DNA of 55,703 bases. It comes from Verrucomicrobiota bacterium. Lineage in GTDB: Bacteria; Verrucomicrobiota; Verrucomicrobiia; Opitutales; Seribacteraceae. The position numbers and the translations under genes were made by a program. The stretch lies in the NCBI GenBank assembly GCA_027622665.1, contig JAQBYT010000026.1, forward strand, positions 1 through 55,703, written 5' to 3'. Below, piece by piece: positions 27,717 through 36,564 of the stretch. Every line of letters starts with the position of its first letter. The stretch's first letter is position 1. Under the pieces are notes generated by a model. That model ran no database searches, was not told the DNA's origin, and saw only the letters and a list, made by a program, of their open reading frames with translations.

Positions 27717-29630
27717 CTACTTTATCAAGGACTTGTAATAGGATGCCTGGTCGTGAAAGGTCTGGTGCCAGATTTCCAAACTCATCAAACTCCAAACTTT
27801 TCTTGAGAATCGTCCGGCGGACTGAAAGTTGGCCAGCACTTCGCCTGAGTTGATGAAGGGGCGATTGCGTTGTTTCATTCCATGAAAGATATCTTCCGCC
27901 ATGCCATTGAGTTCATTGCCAAGCCATTCCTTCAACGGAACGGGAAAACCCATTTTGTCCCTGCGATTAACGATTCTATCGGGCAACACTCCTTCATAGG
28001 ATTTCTTGATCAAATGCTTCATATTCCCCCCGGAGAACTTTACCTCTGCCGAAGCCGTGGCGATGCATTCGACAAGCTCGTGGTCAAGAAAAGGCACTCT
28101 GCTTTCCAAGCCATGAGCCATGCTCATCCTGTCTTCAACCTGCAACAAGGCAGGCAGCAAAGTCTTGAAGTCAAAGTGGGTCATATGGTCAAAATACGCT
28201 CCTTTCCTGACGTTCGACTTATTTAGGAAAATTTCGCGAAACGACTCAAAGACACGCCCCTTGTCCAATTCCCCCCAATCGATCTCCCTGTCCATATCCG
28301 AAGAGCGATCGATCAGCCTGAAGTACCTGTCTTCCAGATTGCCGAACAAACCTTCCCTCCAAAACTCACGCATCATCGGCTTGTATTCTCTTAGAATCCC
28401 CAGATTCGGTATGATAGATTCAATCGTTACGACAAAATTCCCGTCTTTATAAGTCCCATCAATCGCGGCGTTTATACATTGCTCGAAATATGCAAGTAAG
28501 TATCTGGCGTATCCACCGAAGATTTCATCCCCGCCCTGCCCTCCCAGAACGACCTTGACCTTCTCCGCCGCAAGCTTGGAAACCATGTACTGAGGAAAGG
28601 ACCCGGGGCCGGCCACAGGATAATCCAAATGATAAATTACTTTCCTCAGGTTTTCCTCGAAATCCTTGTGAGTAATGTCGATAATGTTCAAATTTCCACC
28701 AATCGCCTCAGATGCCATTTCTGCAAAATTGCTTTCGTCATAACCGGGATACTCTAGAAAACGGCCATGAAACGCCTCCCTGTTCCGAGAATCCTTGCGG
28801 GCTGCTAGGATCGCCATCAGGCTTGAGTCTATTCCGCCCGAGAGGTACGCGCCAACTGGTACGTCCGACCTAAGGTGCACGCCGATCGAATCGTCAAGGA
28901 GTGAGCGGAGTCGCTCCTGAAACCAACCTTCCCCATGATTCCAATCCACTTCATAGTTAACGTCCCAGTATCGCCAGGTTCTCACCTCGCCTCCCTTAAT
29001 CATCAAGCCATGACCGGGAAGCAATTGCTTGATTCCCTTGAACAAAGTATTTTCGCCGATTACGAAGTTAAAGGTCAGGTACTCGGCCATCGCCTCGCCA
29101 TCGGTCTCGATATCGGGCAAGACAGGCAGAAGAGCCTTGGCTTCCGAGGCGAAGTAGAAGACGTCGTCAACCGTCGCGTAGTAAAAGGGCTTGATGCCAA
29201 AGCGATCCCTCGCACAAAAAAGCCTTTGCTTTCTATCGTCCCAAATCGCAAAGGAGAACATGCCTCGGAGGTGATCTACGCACTCTTCCTCGTATCTGTC
29301 ATAGGACGCTAGAACGGTTTCCGTATCGGAATCAGATGAAAAATTCCAACTGCCGCTCAAAGACTCTTGCAATTCAAGATAGTTGTAAATCTCTCCGTTC
29401 AAGGTGATGAGAGTTCCATCCCTGCCTTTCATGGGCTGGGCCCCGGACGAACTTAAATCGATAATGGCTAGGCGACGATGGGCCAGTCCGACCTTCCCCG
29501 AGTCATCCAACCATGATCCCTCGCCATCGGGCCCGCGATGAGCCAAAAGTTCGCCCATGCAAGTCAGTATCTTGCTGCCACCTTCAACCGATTGGTTGTT
29601 AAGATGAATAAACCCGGCAATTCCGCACAT
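27717..29630 (-). CDS. asnB: AsnB-like glutamine amidotransferase (sugar amidation, WbmI/WbpS-type)
   Basis: MCGI Ntn nucleophile, HRGPD, LSGGIDSS, GQGGDEIFGGY, RVPFLD and KMGF motifs; located in a glycan cluster. Confidence 0.9.
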   Translation of the reverse strand: MCGIAGFIHLNNQSVEGGSKILTCMGELLAHRGPDGEGSWLDDSGKVGLAHRRLAIIDLSSSGAQPMKGRDGTLITLNGEIYNYLELQESLSGSWNFSSDSDTETVLASYDRYEEECVDHLRGMFSFAIWDDRKQRLFCARDRFGIKPFYYATVDDVFYFASEAKALLPVLPDIETDGEAMAEYLTFNFVIGENTLFKGIKQLLPGHGLMIKGGEVRTWRYWDVNYEVDWNHGEGWFQERLRSLLDDSIGVHLRSDVPVGAYLSGGIDSSLMAILAARKDSRNREAFHGRFLEYPGYDESNFAEMASEAIGGNLNIIDITHKDFEENLRKVIYHLDYPVAGPGSFPQYMVSKLAAEKVKVVLGGQGGDEIFGGYARYLLAYFEQCINAAIDGTYKDGNFVVTIESIIPNLGILREYKPMMREFWREGLFGNLEDRYFRLIDRSSDMDREIDWGELDKGRVFESFREIFLNKSNVRKGAYFDHMTHFDFKTLLPALLQVEDRMSMAHGLESRVPFLDHELVECIATASAEVKFSGGNMKHLIKKSYEGVLPDRIVNRRDKMGFPVPLKEWLGNELNGMAEDIFHGMKQRNRPFINSGEVLANFQSAGRFSRKVWSLMSLEIWHQTFHDQASYYKSLIK

Positions 29631-29692
29631 ATCTTTTCTCGTCCTTCCCTTATCTTAGTTCAAATACTTCATCGGATCGATCCTTGGAAGGT

Positions 29693-31441
29693 CTAGACCT
29701 CAGCCATTTCATCAAAACTTCCGCTGGCGACGACTTGACCGTCTTTAATTTTGTAAATCACATCACAATTTTTCAACGTACTGAGTCGATGGGCGACGAT
29801 AAGGAACGTCTTGGTCTTTTGTAAATCTCGAACAGTTTGCATGACACTCTGCTCCGTTTCGGAATCAAGCGAACTAGTCGCCTCATCAAAAACAATGAAA
29901 CTGGGGTCGCGGTAAAGGGCCCGAGCAATTCCTACACGTTGTCTCTGCCCGCCGCTTAATCTGGTTCCCCGTTCTCCCATCATCGTGTTCAACTCCAAAG
30001 GCAATTCCTTGACGAACTCATGCAAGCTCGCGTCTTCAAGACATTGCCAAACCCGTTCGTCGTCAACCTTTTCCGGATCGTCCCCAAAGGCAACATTGCT
30101 TCTCAGGGTATCATCCGTGAGGTAAATTTCCTGGGGAACATAACCGACCATCTTCTGCCAAGAAGACTGGCTCACCTCATCTCCTATTTTCTTTCCATCT
30201 ACCCAAAGCGCTCCTTCATCGAACTGAAGCAAACCTAGGGCAATGTCCACCAAAGTGCTTTTGCCCGAACCACTCTCCCCGATGATCCCGACGGACGAAC
30301 CCTGGTGAACTTCGATCGTTGCATTGACTAGAGAATTCCCAGATCCTTGAGAATACGCAAAAGAAATGTTATCCATGACAAAAGCCTCTGAAAAAGAACA
30401 CTTGGAGTTTTCTTTCGGATTTCGAGGAAGAGATTCCCAATCCCCGATCTCTTCCTTGAGAACCTTGACACAAGGCCAACCATAAACAACCGACTGGCAG
30501 GAATGAACGATTCGCGCAACGGAAGGCATCACTCGAAGCAAACCAAAGGCAATCATTCCCAATTTCGGGAGAGAAGCGTTACGGTCTTCGCCAACCGAGA
30601 CCAAGCCCAACGTCAATACGGCCAAGCCTAAAATCGCCAAGGTTTCCAAGAGAAGCCTGGGCATTTGCTGCATCGCATATTGCTTTCGTCCGGCAACAGC
30701 GCCTAATTGAGCGTGCTCCCTAAAGCTCTCGCTCCAAAAGCTGGGATCATTCAAGAGCTTGATCGCCTTGATGCCCGTAAAACCTTCTTGTAGACACTTG
30801 ATCTTCATGCCTTCTCGACGCTGGCGCTCGTTCCCCCAATCCGCAACTCGTCGCTTGGTCAATCGGTGAAAAGTCCACCCCAATCCTCCGATGAAAACAA
30901 TTGCCAGTAAACTTGCCCGCGGCTCGACGTAAATCAACAGACCGATGATAGCGAACAGGACCAAGCATTCGGTAATTATAACCAAAAAGGGCTGCAAAAC
31001 GTAACCAACGAAAGAGTTAACTTCGCCAACTGCGTTTCTAAGCAATTCGGATGTATTGGTCTTGAGAAAAAACTCGTAGGGTCGAGCCAAATAATTCTCG
31101 AATAAATAGGTAGACGTTTCGACTTGCACCCCGAAGGAGTACTTCGAATGCAGATTAACTTGGTATGCGAGGAAGAGATTCTTGGTTGCAAACAACCCGA
31201 CAATACAAGCCAAGCCCAGAAGTAGAATATTGGTTCCACCGCCCAAATAAGAGAGTAAAGCTTTCCAAAGCGGAAGCTCTTCAGCACTCTCCGGCCTAAC
31301 GAGAAGGTCAATCAATGGCATGACCAAACCGATACCCATGACCTCAAAAGCCATGCCAATGGTCGAAACCCCCAATACCCAAAAAAAGCGTTTCCTGCTC
31401 CTCGGACTCAGAACCTCATAGGCAAGAAAAAGTTTTTTCAT
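29693..31441 (-). CDS. ABC exporter with fused permease and ATPase (PglK/MsbA/HepA-like glycan flippase)
   Basis: N-terminal TM domain; GESGSGKST, LSGGQRQR, FDEATSSLD and AHRLST motifs. Confidence 0.85.
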   Translation of the reverse strand: MKKLFLAYEVLSPRSRKRFFWVLGVSTIGMAFEVMGIGLVMPLIDLLVRPESAEELPLWKALLSYLGGGTNILLLGLACIVGLFATKNLFLAYQVNLHSKYSFGVQVETSTYLFENYLARPYEFFLKTNTSELLRNAVGEVNSFVGYVLQPFLVIITECLVLFAIIGLLIYVEPRASLLAIVFIGGLGWTFHRLTKRRVADWGNERQRREGMKIKCLQEGFTGIKAIKLLNDPSFWSESFREHAQLGAVAGRKQYAMQQMPRLLLETLAILGLAVLTLGLVSVGEDRNASLPKLGMIAFGLLRVMPSVARIVHSCQSVVYGWPCVKVLKEEIGDWESLPRNPKENSKCSFSEAFVMDNISFAYSQGSGNSLVNATIEVHQGSSVGIIGESGSGKSTLVDIALGLLQFDEGALWVDGKKIGDEVSQSSWQKMVGYVPQEIYLTDDTLRSNVAFGDDPEKVDDERVWQCLEDASLHEFVKELPLELNTMMGERGTRLSGGQRQRVGIARALYRDPSFIVFDEATSSLDSETEQSVMQTVRDLQKTKTFLIVAHRLSTLKNCDVIYKIKDGQVVASGSFDEMAEV

Positions 31442-31479
31442 TTCAACTCCGACGAAATCGGGCAGTTAGTCATTACTTC

Positions 31480-32448
31480 TCAATTGTTGGCTTCTCGCCA
31501 AGCAATCAAGTCCTGAAGACCTTTTCTAAGTTCGATCTCGTATTCAAACCCCAAATCCCTCTTCGCTTTCACCGGACACCCGATCCGATTCTGTACCATT
31601 CTACGAGCATCGTCCTCACTGTATGGATTGTAAGTCACCTTTAAGTCAGACTGCTTTAAATCGAGAATCGTGTCACAGAGCTGGCTAATGCTAGTCTGGA
31701 CACCAGTTCCAACATTATAGAACTCGTCAGATTCTTCTGTTTCAAGGGCTAAGACATTACAGCGAGCGACATCCTTCACATCTATGAAATCATAAGCTTG
31801 CGATCCATCACCGTTGATTACCGGAGCCTCGTTCGCATCGATCTTGTTTAGCATGATGGGAATTACTCCCGTATATGCAGCAGTTTGATCTTGATGGGGT
31901 CCGTAAACATTCATGTATCGCAAACCCACATAATCCAAACCATAACGATCGTAAAATGCACGACACATTGCTTCTCCAGCAATTTTGGTCGACCCGTAAA
32001 AATTGCGATTATTGAATGGGTGTTCTTCCGTCATCGGCACCTGTGCCGCATCTCCATACACCGAAGCGGAGGAAGAATAAACTAAACGCTTCACTCCATT
32101 CTTAATACAAGCTTCAAGAACATTAAAAGTTCCTTCAATATTAACATGAAACGCTGTTCTCGGAAAATCCTTGCAATGCAACAACCACATAGCAGCGAGA
32201 TGAACGACGCCGTCAATACCCTCCATCGCGTCATTGAGAATATCGAGGTCACGAACATCCCCACCATGGTAGTAAATTTCACATCTCGAATCTTCCAAGC
32301 TTTCAGTTAAATGATTAAGTTTACCGCGAGCAAAATTATCAAAGATTACGACTCTTCCGACATCAGTTTTTAATAACTCAGCAACAACATGACTACCTAT
32401 AAAGCCAGCTCCTCCAATAACGAGAACGGAACTTTGATCAATATTCAT
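31480..32448 (-). CDS. NAD-dependent nucleotide-sugar epimerase/dehydratase
   Basis: GGAGFIG, SSSASVYG, YGSTK and LRYMNVYGP motifs. Confidence 0.9.
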   Translation of the reverse strand: MNIDQSSVLVIGGAGFIGSHVVAELLKTDVGRVVIFDNFARGKLNHLTESLEDSRCEIYYHGGDVRDLDILNDAMEGIDGVVHLAAMWLLHCKDFPRTAFHVNIEGTFNVLEACIKNGVKRLVYSSSASVYGDAAQVPMTEEHPFNNRNFYGSTKIAGEAMCRAFYDRYGLDYVGLRYMNVYGPHQDQTAAYTGVIPIMLNKIDANEAPVINGDGSQAYDFIDVKDVARCNVLALETEESDEFYNVGTGVQTSISQLCDTILDLKQSDLKVTYNPYSEDDARRMVQNRIGCPVKAKRDLGFEYEIELRKGLQDLIAWREANN

Positions 32449-32572
32449 AAATTAAATTTCAGGGTAACTTCAGTGTGCTAAATATAAGCAATGGAATAGT
32501 TTCCAAACGAATTGTAAGCGAGCATCACACAGGAGATTCATTTCCCCAGAATCACTTGTTCGAAAAAGAAAA

Positions 32573-34120
32573 TCAAACTTTGGCTTCGGCCCGACGGACA
32601 CGCCCGGCAAGTGATGAAATTGAGTCATGAATGCGTTCAAGCAAAATTTCATCATGCACTTCAAGGTTTTGCCGACCATCGAGAAATTGGTAATTGATAG
32701 AACCGTACACATATCGAAGCCCGTTTATAGGAAATTCGGCTGAGAAGGCACGATCACGGGGGAAATAGCCGGGGCATTTCGAGTCCGTCCAATGAATCAC
32801 TTCTCGTACTTGCCTAGTGGATGTATCAGGGGACACCCCTAGCACGCCATCCTCCTGAAAAAAGGACATTTTTACTTCAGCAAAACCAAGAGCAGCAGAA
32901 GCACGCTCAATGGCACGAGGTAAATTCTCGAAATCATCTGCCAGAGCAACCATGCCCTCCACTTCTTTCACGACTTGCTCGGCAACTCGTGCAGTCTCAC
33001 GATCCTGCACCAAAGAAACCAAACCTTTTCCGAAAAAATCGAATCGGAAATAACCCAAATAGCGAAGGAGCACAAAACCAGCCAAGCCAAAGGTAACGAG
33101 CAAGGCGGTCAATTGATCTCCTCTGCCAAAGGCGGCTCCTACCGCAACGAAGGCACAACACAGGGCAGCCGCCCACAAAGCCAGAACAGCTTTGCCATGG
33201 GAAAGTCCCCTTGCCATCAAACGATGATGAAAGTGCTCCATATCAGCTAAAAATGGTGAACGCCCTCGCAAGGTTCGCCGAACGATGGCAAAACCACAAT
33301 CGGCGACAGGTATGAAGAAGGCGAAAATGGGGAAGAGGCCATCGATCATACCATCCCCACGAAAACTTGCCATCAGCGACAAACACCCCGCCAAGTATCC
33401 AAGAGTAAGACTACCGCAATCACCTAAAAAAATAGACGCAGGTCGGCTATTGAAAACAAGAAAGCCTAAAATACATCCAATCAACGTGGTCGCCAGCCAA
33501 GTAACATGAGGTATGCCGGCAAGATAACCAACCAATGCAATCGCCGTTAATCCCATAAGGGTGACTCCCGAAGCAAGACCATCCAGACCGTCAATCAAAT
33601 TAATGGCATTGGCCATTCCCACTATCCACAAGCAAGCCAAACCAAAACCCATCCATTCGGGTATGGACAAGTCGCCGAAACCAAGGAACTGCACATCGTG
33701 AAACCCAAGCTTTGCAAACCAGACGACCAAGGCGGCAGTAACAAACTCACCCAACAACTTGACCTTGGGGGAAAGGCGACTGAGGTCATCCAGCACACCT
33801 ATCGCGAATATGGAAAGAGAACCCAGCACTACAACCCCACCGATATAAGAATCTCCCCAAAGGGTATTCCTCAACTCAGGTACGGTTAATCCGCCAAAAA
33901 GCAGAACCAGAATAAAAGAAAAGAGTATAGCCGCGCCTCCGAGTCGAGGGACAGCATTCTTATGCACCTTCCTTGCCCGCTGAGGGCAATCCACAAAACC
34001 GTGCTTGTTCGCAAAATGCCGAACAAGAGGGGTCAGCACGCAGCAAAAAAGAGCACCCAAAACGAACAAACTGTAAATGGAAGGGGTCACAAAAGTGTGA
34101 TTGAATAAAATATCACGCAA
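32573..34120 (-). CDS. wecA: WecA/TagO (MraY-family) undecaprenyl-phosphate HexNAc-1-P transferase with C-terminal soluble extension
   Basis: RKVH...PRLGG, GVLDD, NAINLIDGLDGLA, FLGDCGS and AD.EHFHHRL motifs, plus about 150 extra C-terminal residues. Confidence 0.85.
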   Translation of the reverse strand: MRDILFNHTFVTPSIYSLFVLGALFCCVLTPLVRHFANKHGFVDCPQRARKVHKNAVPRLGGAAILFSFILVLLFGGLTVPELRNTLWGDSYIGGVVVLGSLSIFAIGVLDDLSRLSPKVKLLGEFVTAALVVWFAKLGFHDVQFLGFGDLSIPEWMGFGLACLWIVGMANAINLIDGLDGLASGVTLMGLTAIALVGYLAGIPHVTWLATTLIGCILGFLVFNSRPASIFLGDCGSLTLGYLAGCLSLMASFRGDGMIDGLFPIFAFFIPVADCGFAIVRRTLRGRSPFLADMEHFHHRLMARGLSHGKAVLALWAAALCCAFVAVGAAFGRGDQLTALLVTFGLAGFVLLRYLGYFRFDFFGKGLVSLVQDRETARVAEQVVKEVEGMVALADDFENLPRAIERASAALGFAEVKMSFFQEDGVLGVSPDTSTRQVREVIHWTDSKCPGYFPRDRAFSAEFPINGLRYVYGSINYQFLDGRQNLEVHDEILLERIHDSISSLAGRVRRAEAKV

Positions 34121-34221
34121 AATCCGTCAATTCCAAAACTATTTCTACGTAGTGTGAACCCTCTTGGTTTTTGATTCCTCGATTTCCCTCATCTTGGGAT
34201 TTTGGTAGGGATGCAACTCTA

Positions 34222-34557
34222 TCATTGCATCAGGAACTTATCCATGGAAAAACGCAGCTTTTCTCTGTCTACTCCGACCAATTTGCCTAAATTTTTTATG
34301 ATGAGTGTTTGAGGAAGGGTAAAGAGCTTGAACCTCGCACAACACGATTTAGTCAAGCCAGTTTCCTTCCAATTTTCAATCATTACGTCACTCACCCATT
34401 TACTTGAAAAGGCCACGGTGATCATCGCCAATACTAAATGATCATGGGATTCATTGAACGCATCGCTTGATAATATGACCGCCGGACGCTTTTTATGAAA
34501 ATATTTTTCGGTAAAAGGAAAAGGAACAACCAATACTTCAAACTGCTTATAAGTCAT
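34222..34557 (-). CDS. mazF: MazF/PemK family toxin
   Basis: VVPFPFT...KKRPAVILS and GLTKSC.AR.KLFTL motifs; overlaps the upstream AbrB gene. Confidence 0.9.
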   Translation of the reverse strand: MTYKQFEVLVVPFPFTEKYFHKKRPAVILSSDAFNESHDHLVLAMITVAFSSKWVSDVMIENWKETGLTKSCCARFKLFTLPQTLIIKNLGKLVGVDREKLRFSMDKFLMQ

Positions 34558-34771
34558 TCCAAGCTTCCATGTCTTCAGGAGAATTCCACTCGTCCATAGA
34601 ATCGGATATTCCTTTCAAATAATGATCTTCTTGCTCTTCTACTTTGCGAAGGAACAATCCATCCCCTCGAACCTCATAGGTAACAGTATCACCCTCTCTT
34701 AGTCCCGCCCTTTTACGGATTCGCGAAGGTATGGTGGTTTGACCTTTTGCACTGATCTTTGAAATTTCCAT
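34547..34771 (-). CDS. mazE: AbrB/MazE/SpoVT family antitoxin
   Basis: SKISAKGQTTIPSRIRKRAGLREGD fold; acidic tail EWNSPED.EAWNDL. Confidence 0.9.
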   Translation of the reverse strand: MEISKISAKGQTTIPSRIRKRAGLREGDTVTYEVRGDGLFLRKVEEQEDHYLKGISDSMDEWNSPEDMEAWNDL

Positions 34772-34893
34772 AATGTAAGGTATTCCTACTTGTTCGAAAA
34801 CTCAAACAAATTTCAAAACTAGTAGTTTCAGAAAATTCATTCCTAAGCTTATCTCAATCTTGATAATACGAAAGTATCAAGAACTTGATTCAA

Positions 34894-35208
34894 TCAAACC
34901 AGTTCTACGCTCGAACCGTACGAAGAAAGCCTACTGTCATTGGTAAGAAGAGTGATATTCTCCCAACCAGCCGTTGCAACCAAAAGACGATCAAATGGAT
35001 CTCGATGGATCTGCGGCAACTTGGATACTCCAATAGTGTGTAGCGAAGATACTTTTATCTCAATGTAATGATTTTTGAGCAAATACTTGCAGAACTAATA
35101 AAACAACTGGTGGTATCCCTCTGCAATATAGGACTTTGCAGTTGCATATAACTTATCCGGATCGGTTGCCGGCCATATCAACAAATTAGCATCGACTCGG
35201 AATGTCAC
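34894..35208 (-). pseudogene. vapC: VapC/PIN toxin pseudogene
   Basis: The GTG start overlaps the antitoxin stop (GTGA). Reads MTFRVDANLLIW...DPDKL, then an in-frame TAG at 35095-35097. The SSASI motif lies in another frame and the central WE.AIK region is missing. The C-terminal HRDPFDRLLVA..LLTND is intact. Confidence 0.85.
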
Positions 35209-35444
35209 TCCGTTCCGTAAAACAAAGTTTCAATCTGGTCTTGGCCCATACTATTAAAGTCATCAGGCACCTGTCCTTCTCCCACCATGAAACCGAGACG
35301 CAAGGACTTTTTGCCTTGGTTAATTGCTTCGACTTCAACGACAGGTTTACCGGAACGAGCAATCATAAACGGTTCCCCCGCTTCAGCTTCTTGAATAAGC
35401 TTGGATAAATGGGGTTTTGCTTGGTTCAAATTAATTGGATTCAT
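35205..35444 (-). CDS. Phd/YefM family antitoxin
   Basis: NLNQAKPHLSKLI..AEAGE..MIARSGKPV and RLGFM.G...VPDDF motifs. Confidence 0.9.
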   Translation of the reverse strand: MNPINLNQAKPHLSKLIQEAEAGEPFMIARSGKPVVEVEAINQGKKSLRLGFMVGEGQVPDDFNSMGQDQIETLFYGTE

Positions 35445-35559
35445 GGACTAAGTCTAATTAAGTCAAACCCTGAGAAAAGCATCGTGAAGATTAAAAGGCT
35501 AAGATCCGATCTCAGCAATTAATATCGCCAAAAGTTTGCTGAGGTTCCTTACTCGTTGC

Positions 35560-35841
35560 TCACCTGTATGCATCTTTCCTTTTGTCGATGGAAAGGACGA
35601 AGACTATTTTTGTAATGTCATCAATCGAGTAAAACAGCCTAACCTTTCCAATTCTATATCTCAAGGTTTCGGGTTTGTCACCCCTCATCTTCTTAATGTT
35701 TACTCCAAAACGAGGGTTCCTTATTAAGTTTGGATAAACGGAATCCTTGAACTTGCTCTCAAGGAAGACTTGATGATTCCGTTCAAGTTTTTTGAAACGC
35801 TTCTTAAATTCAGCCGTCTCGAAAATCCTGTAGTCAGACAA
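35560..35841 (-). CDS. relE: RelE/ParE family toxin
   Basis: YRIFET.EF, NPRFGVNIKK, RYRIGK.RLFY.ID and RKDAYR motifs; overlaps the upstream antitoxin by 8 bp. Confidence 0.9.
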   Translation of the reverse strand: MSDYRIFETAEFKKRFKKLERNHQVFLESKFKDSVYPNLIRNPRFGVNIKKMRGDKPETLRYRIGKVRLFYSIDDITKIVFVLSIDKRKDAYR

Positions 35842-36073
35842 ACTCGCCTTTCAGCTGCTTGGCGTCGTTATGACCGAAAGCAATCGATTTCATGAGAGAA
35901 TCGTTATTTAGGATTTCCTGATTCTCGAACTCATCCATCAGTCCCACATTATCCACAAAGCGAAGTGCGGCAGTCTCAATAAAGTTCGAGATTGAACGAT
36001 TGTCTTGTTCCGCCAATTGCTTGAATAGCTTGTAGTTAGATTCTTGCAAGCGAAGTGTAATTGTTTTGCTCAT
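35834..36073 (-). CDS. Ribbon-helix-helix (CopG-like) antitoxin
   Basis: MSKTITLRL...Y..FK..A..DNRSISNFIETA. Start placed at ATG 36073, because the longer ORF simply reads through the upstream repeats. Confidence 0.85.
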   Translation of the reverse strand: MSKTITLRLQESNYKLFKQLAEQDNRSISNFIETAALRFVDNVGLMDEFENQEILNNDSLMKSIAFGHNDAKQLKGEFV

Positions 36074-36082
36074 TAATAAATC

Positions 36083-36138
36083 ATGCAACCGAAGCACAAA
36101 GAATGCAAGCGAAAGCACAAAGGATGCAAGCGAAAGCA
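36083..36138. repeat. About 21-bp imperfect tandem repeat (ATGCAAGCGAAAGCACAAAGR) x2.7 upstream of the RHH antitoxin
   Basis: Units at 36083-36102, 36103-36123 and 36124-36138, read directly. Confidence 0.85.
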
Positions 36139-36188
36139 TGTATTTTGGCAATCAAAGATCGAAGTCGAGATTCACTAGGTTTATTTAG

Positions 36189-36322
36189 CTAGTCCAAGTA
36201 TTTCGCAATTTTGCTTCGATTACTGCTGCTTATTTGATCAACCGCAATTTGAGCACCCTTAGTTGGAACTTAAACTGCAATCTTGATCGTCAATAAAACA
36301 TGAAGATGAGAGGTAAGCGACC
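36189..36322 (-). pseudogene. Degraded remnant of a second MazF/PemK-like toxin (C-terminal half)
   Basis: The minus strand reads LPL..Y*RSRLQFKF and, after a frameshift, GAQIAVDQIS...KIAKYL, which resembles PemK CPLT..HP.WRSR.Q....EIAVDQIRT. Confidence 0.5.
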
Positions 36323-36520
36323 AACCTTGATTGATCCCATCAAGGAATCGTTGTTGCGAATTTCTTCCATTTCTAATTCATCCAACATCCTTTCGTTTTC
36401 CAAAAAACGTAACGCAGTCGTCTCAATGAAATTGAAGATCGAACGATTGTCCTGCCTGGCAAGAGTTCAAAAACGCTCGTAGTTGGAAACATCGAGGCGA
36501 AGTGTGACGGTCTTAGTCAT
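36290..36520 (-). pseudogene. Pseudogenised paralogue of the RHH antitoxin
   Basis: MTKTVTLRLDVSNYERF*TLARQDNRSIFNFIETTALRF...NNDSLMGSI aligns with 35834-36073. TGA at 36467-36469 (codon 18); the C-terminus is lost. Confidence 0.85.
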
Positions 36521-36564
36521 AACATATCAAAGGTGAATGATTACGAATACAAGAGAATGCAAAA

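Noticed and set aside
34858..34882. Hairpins TCTTGATA...TATCAAGA here and CTCAGCAA...TTGCTGAG at 35511-35543 as terminators
   Set aside because: The stems are weak or have long loops and lack a clear U-tract; not confident enough to annotate.
36083..36138. Repeats considered as a mini-CRISPR array or integron attC site
   Set aside because: The units are contiguous with no spacers, there are no cas or integrase genes, and I see no attC-type inverted core sites.
35834..36151. 105-aa version of the antitoxin with a hydrophobic N-terminus
   Set aside because: The extension is a translation of the 21-bp promoter repeats; the paralogue and the RHH fold both begin at ATG 36073.
36300..36482. 60-aa plus-strand ORF in the TA region
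   Set aside because: It is the antisense shadow of the RHH antitoxin pseudogene.
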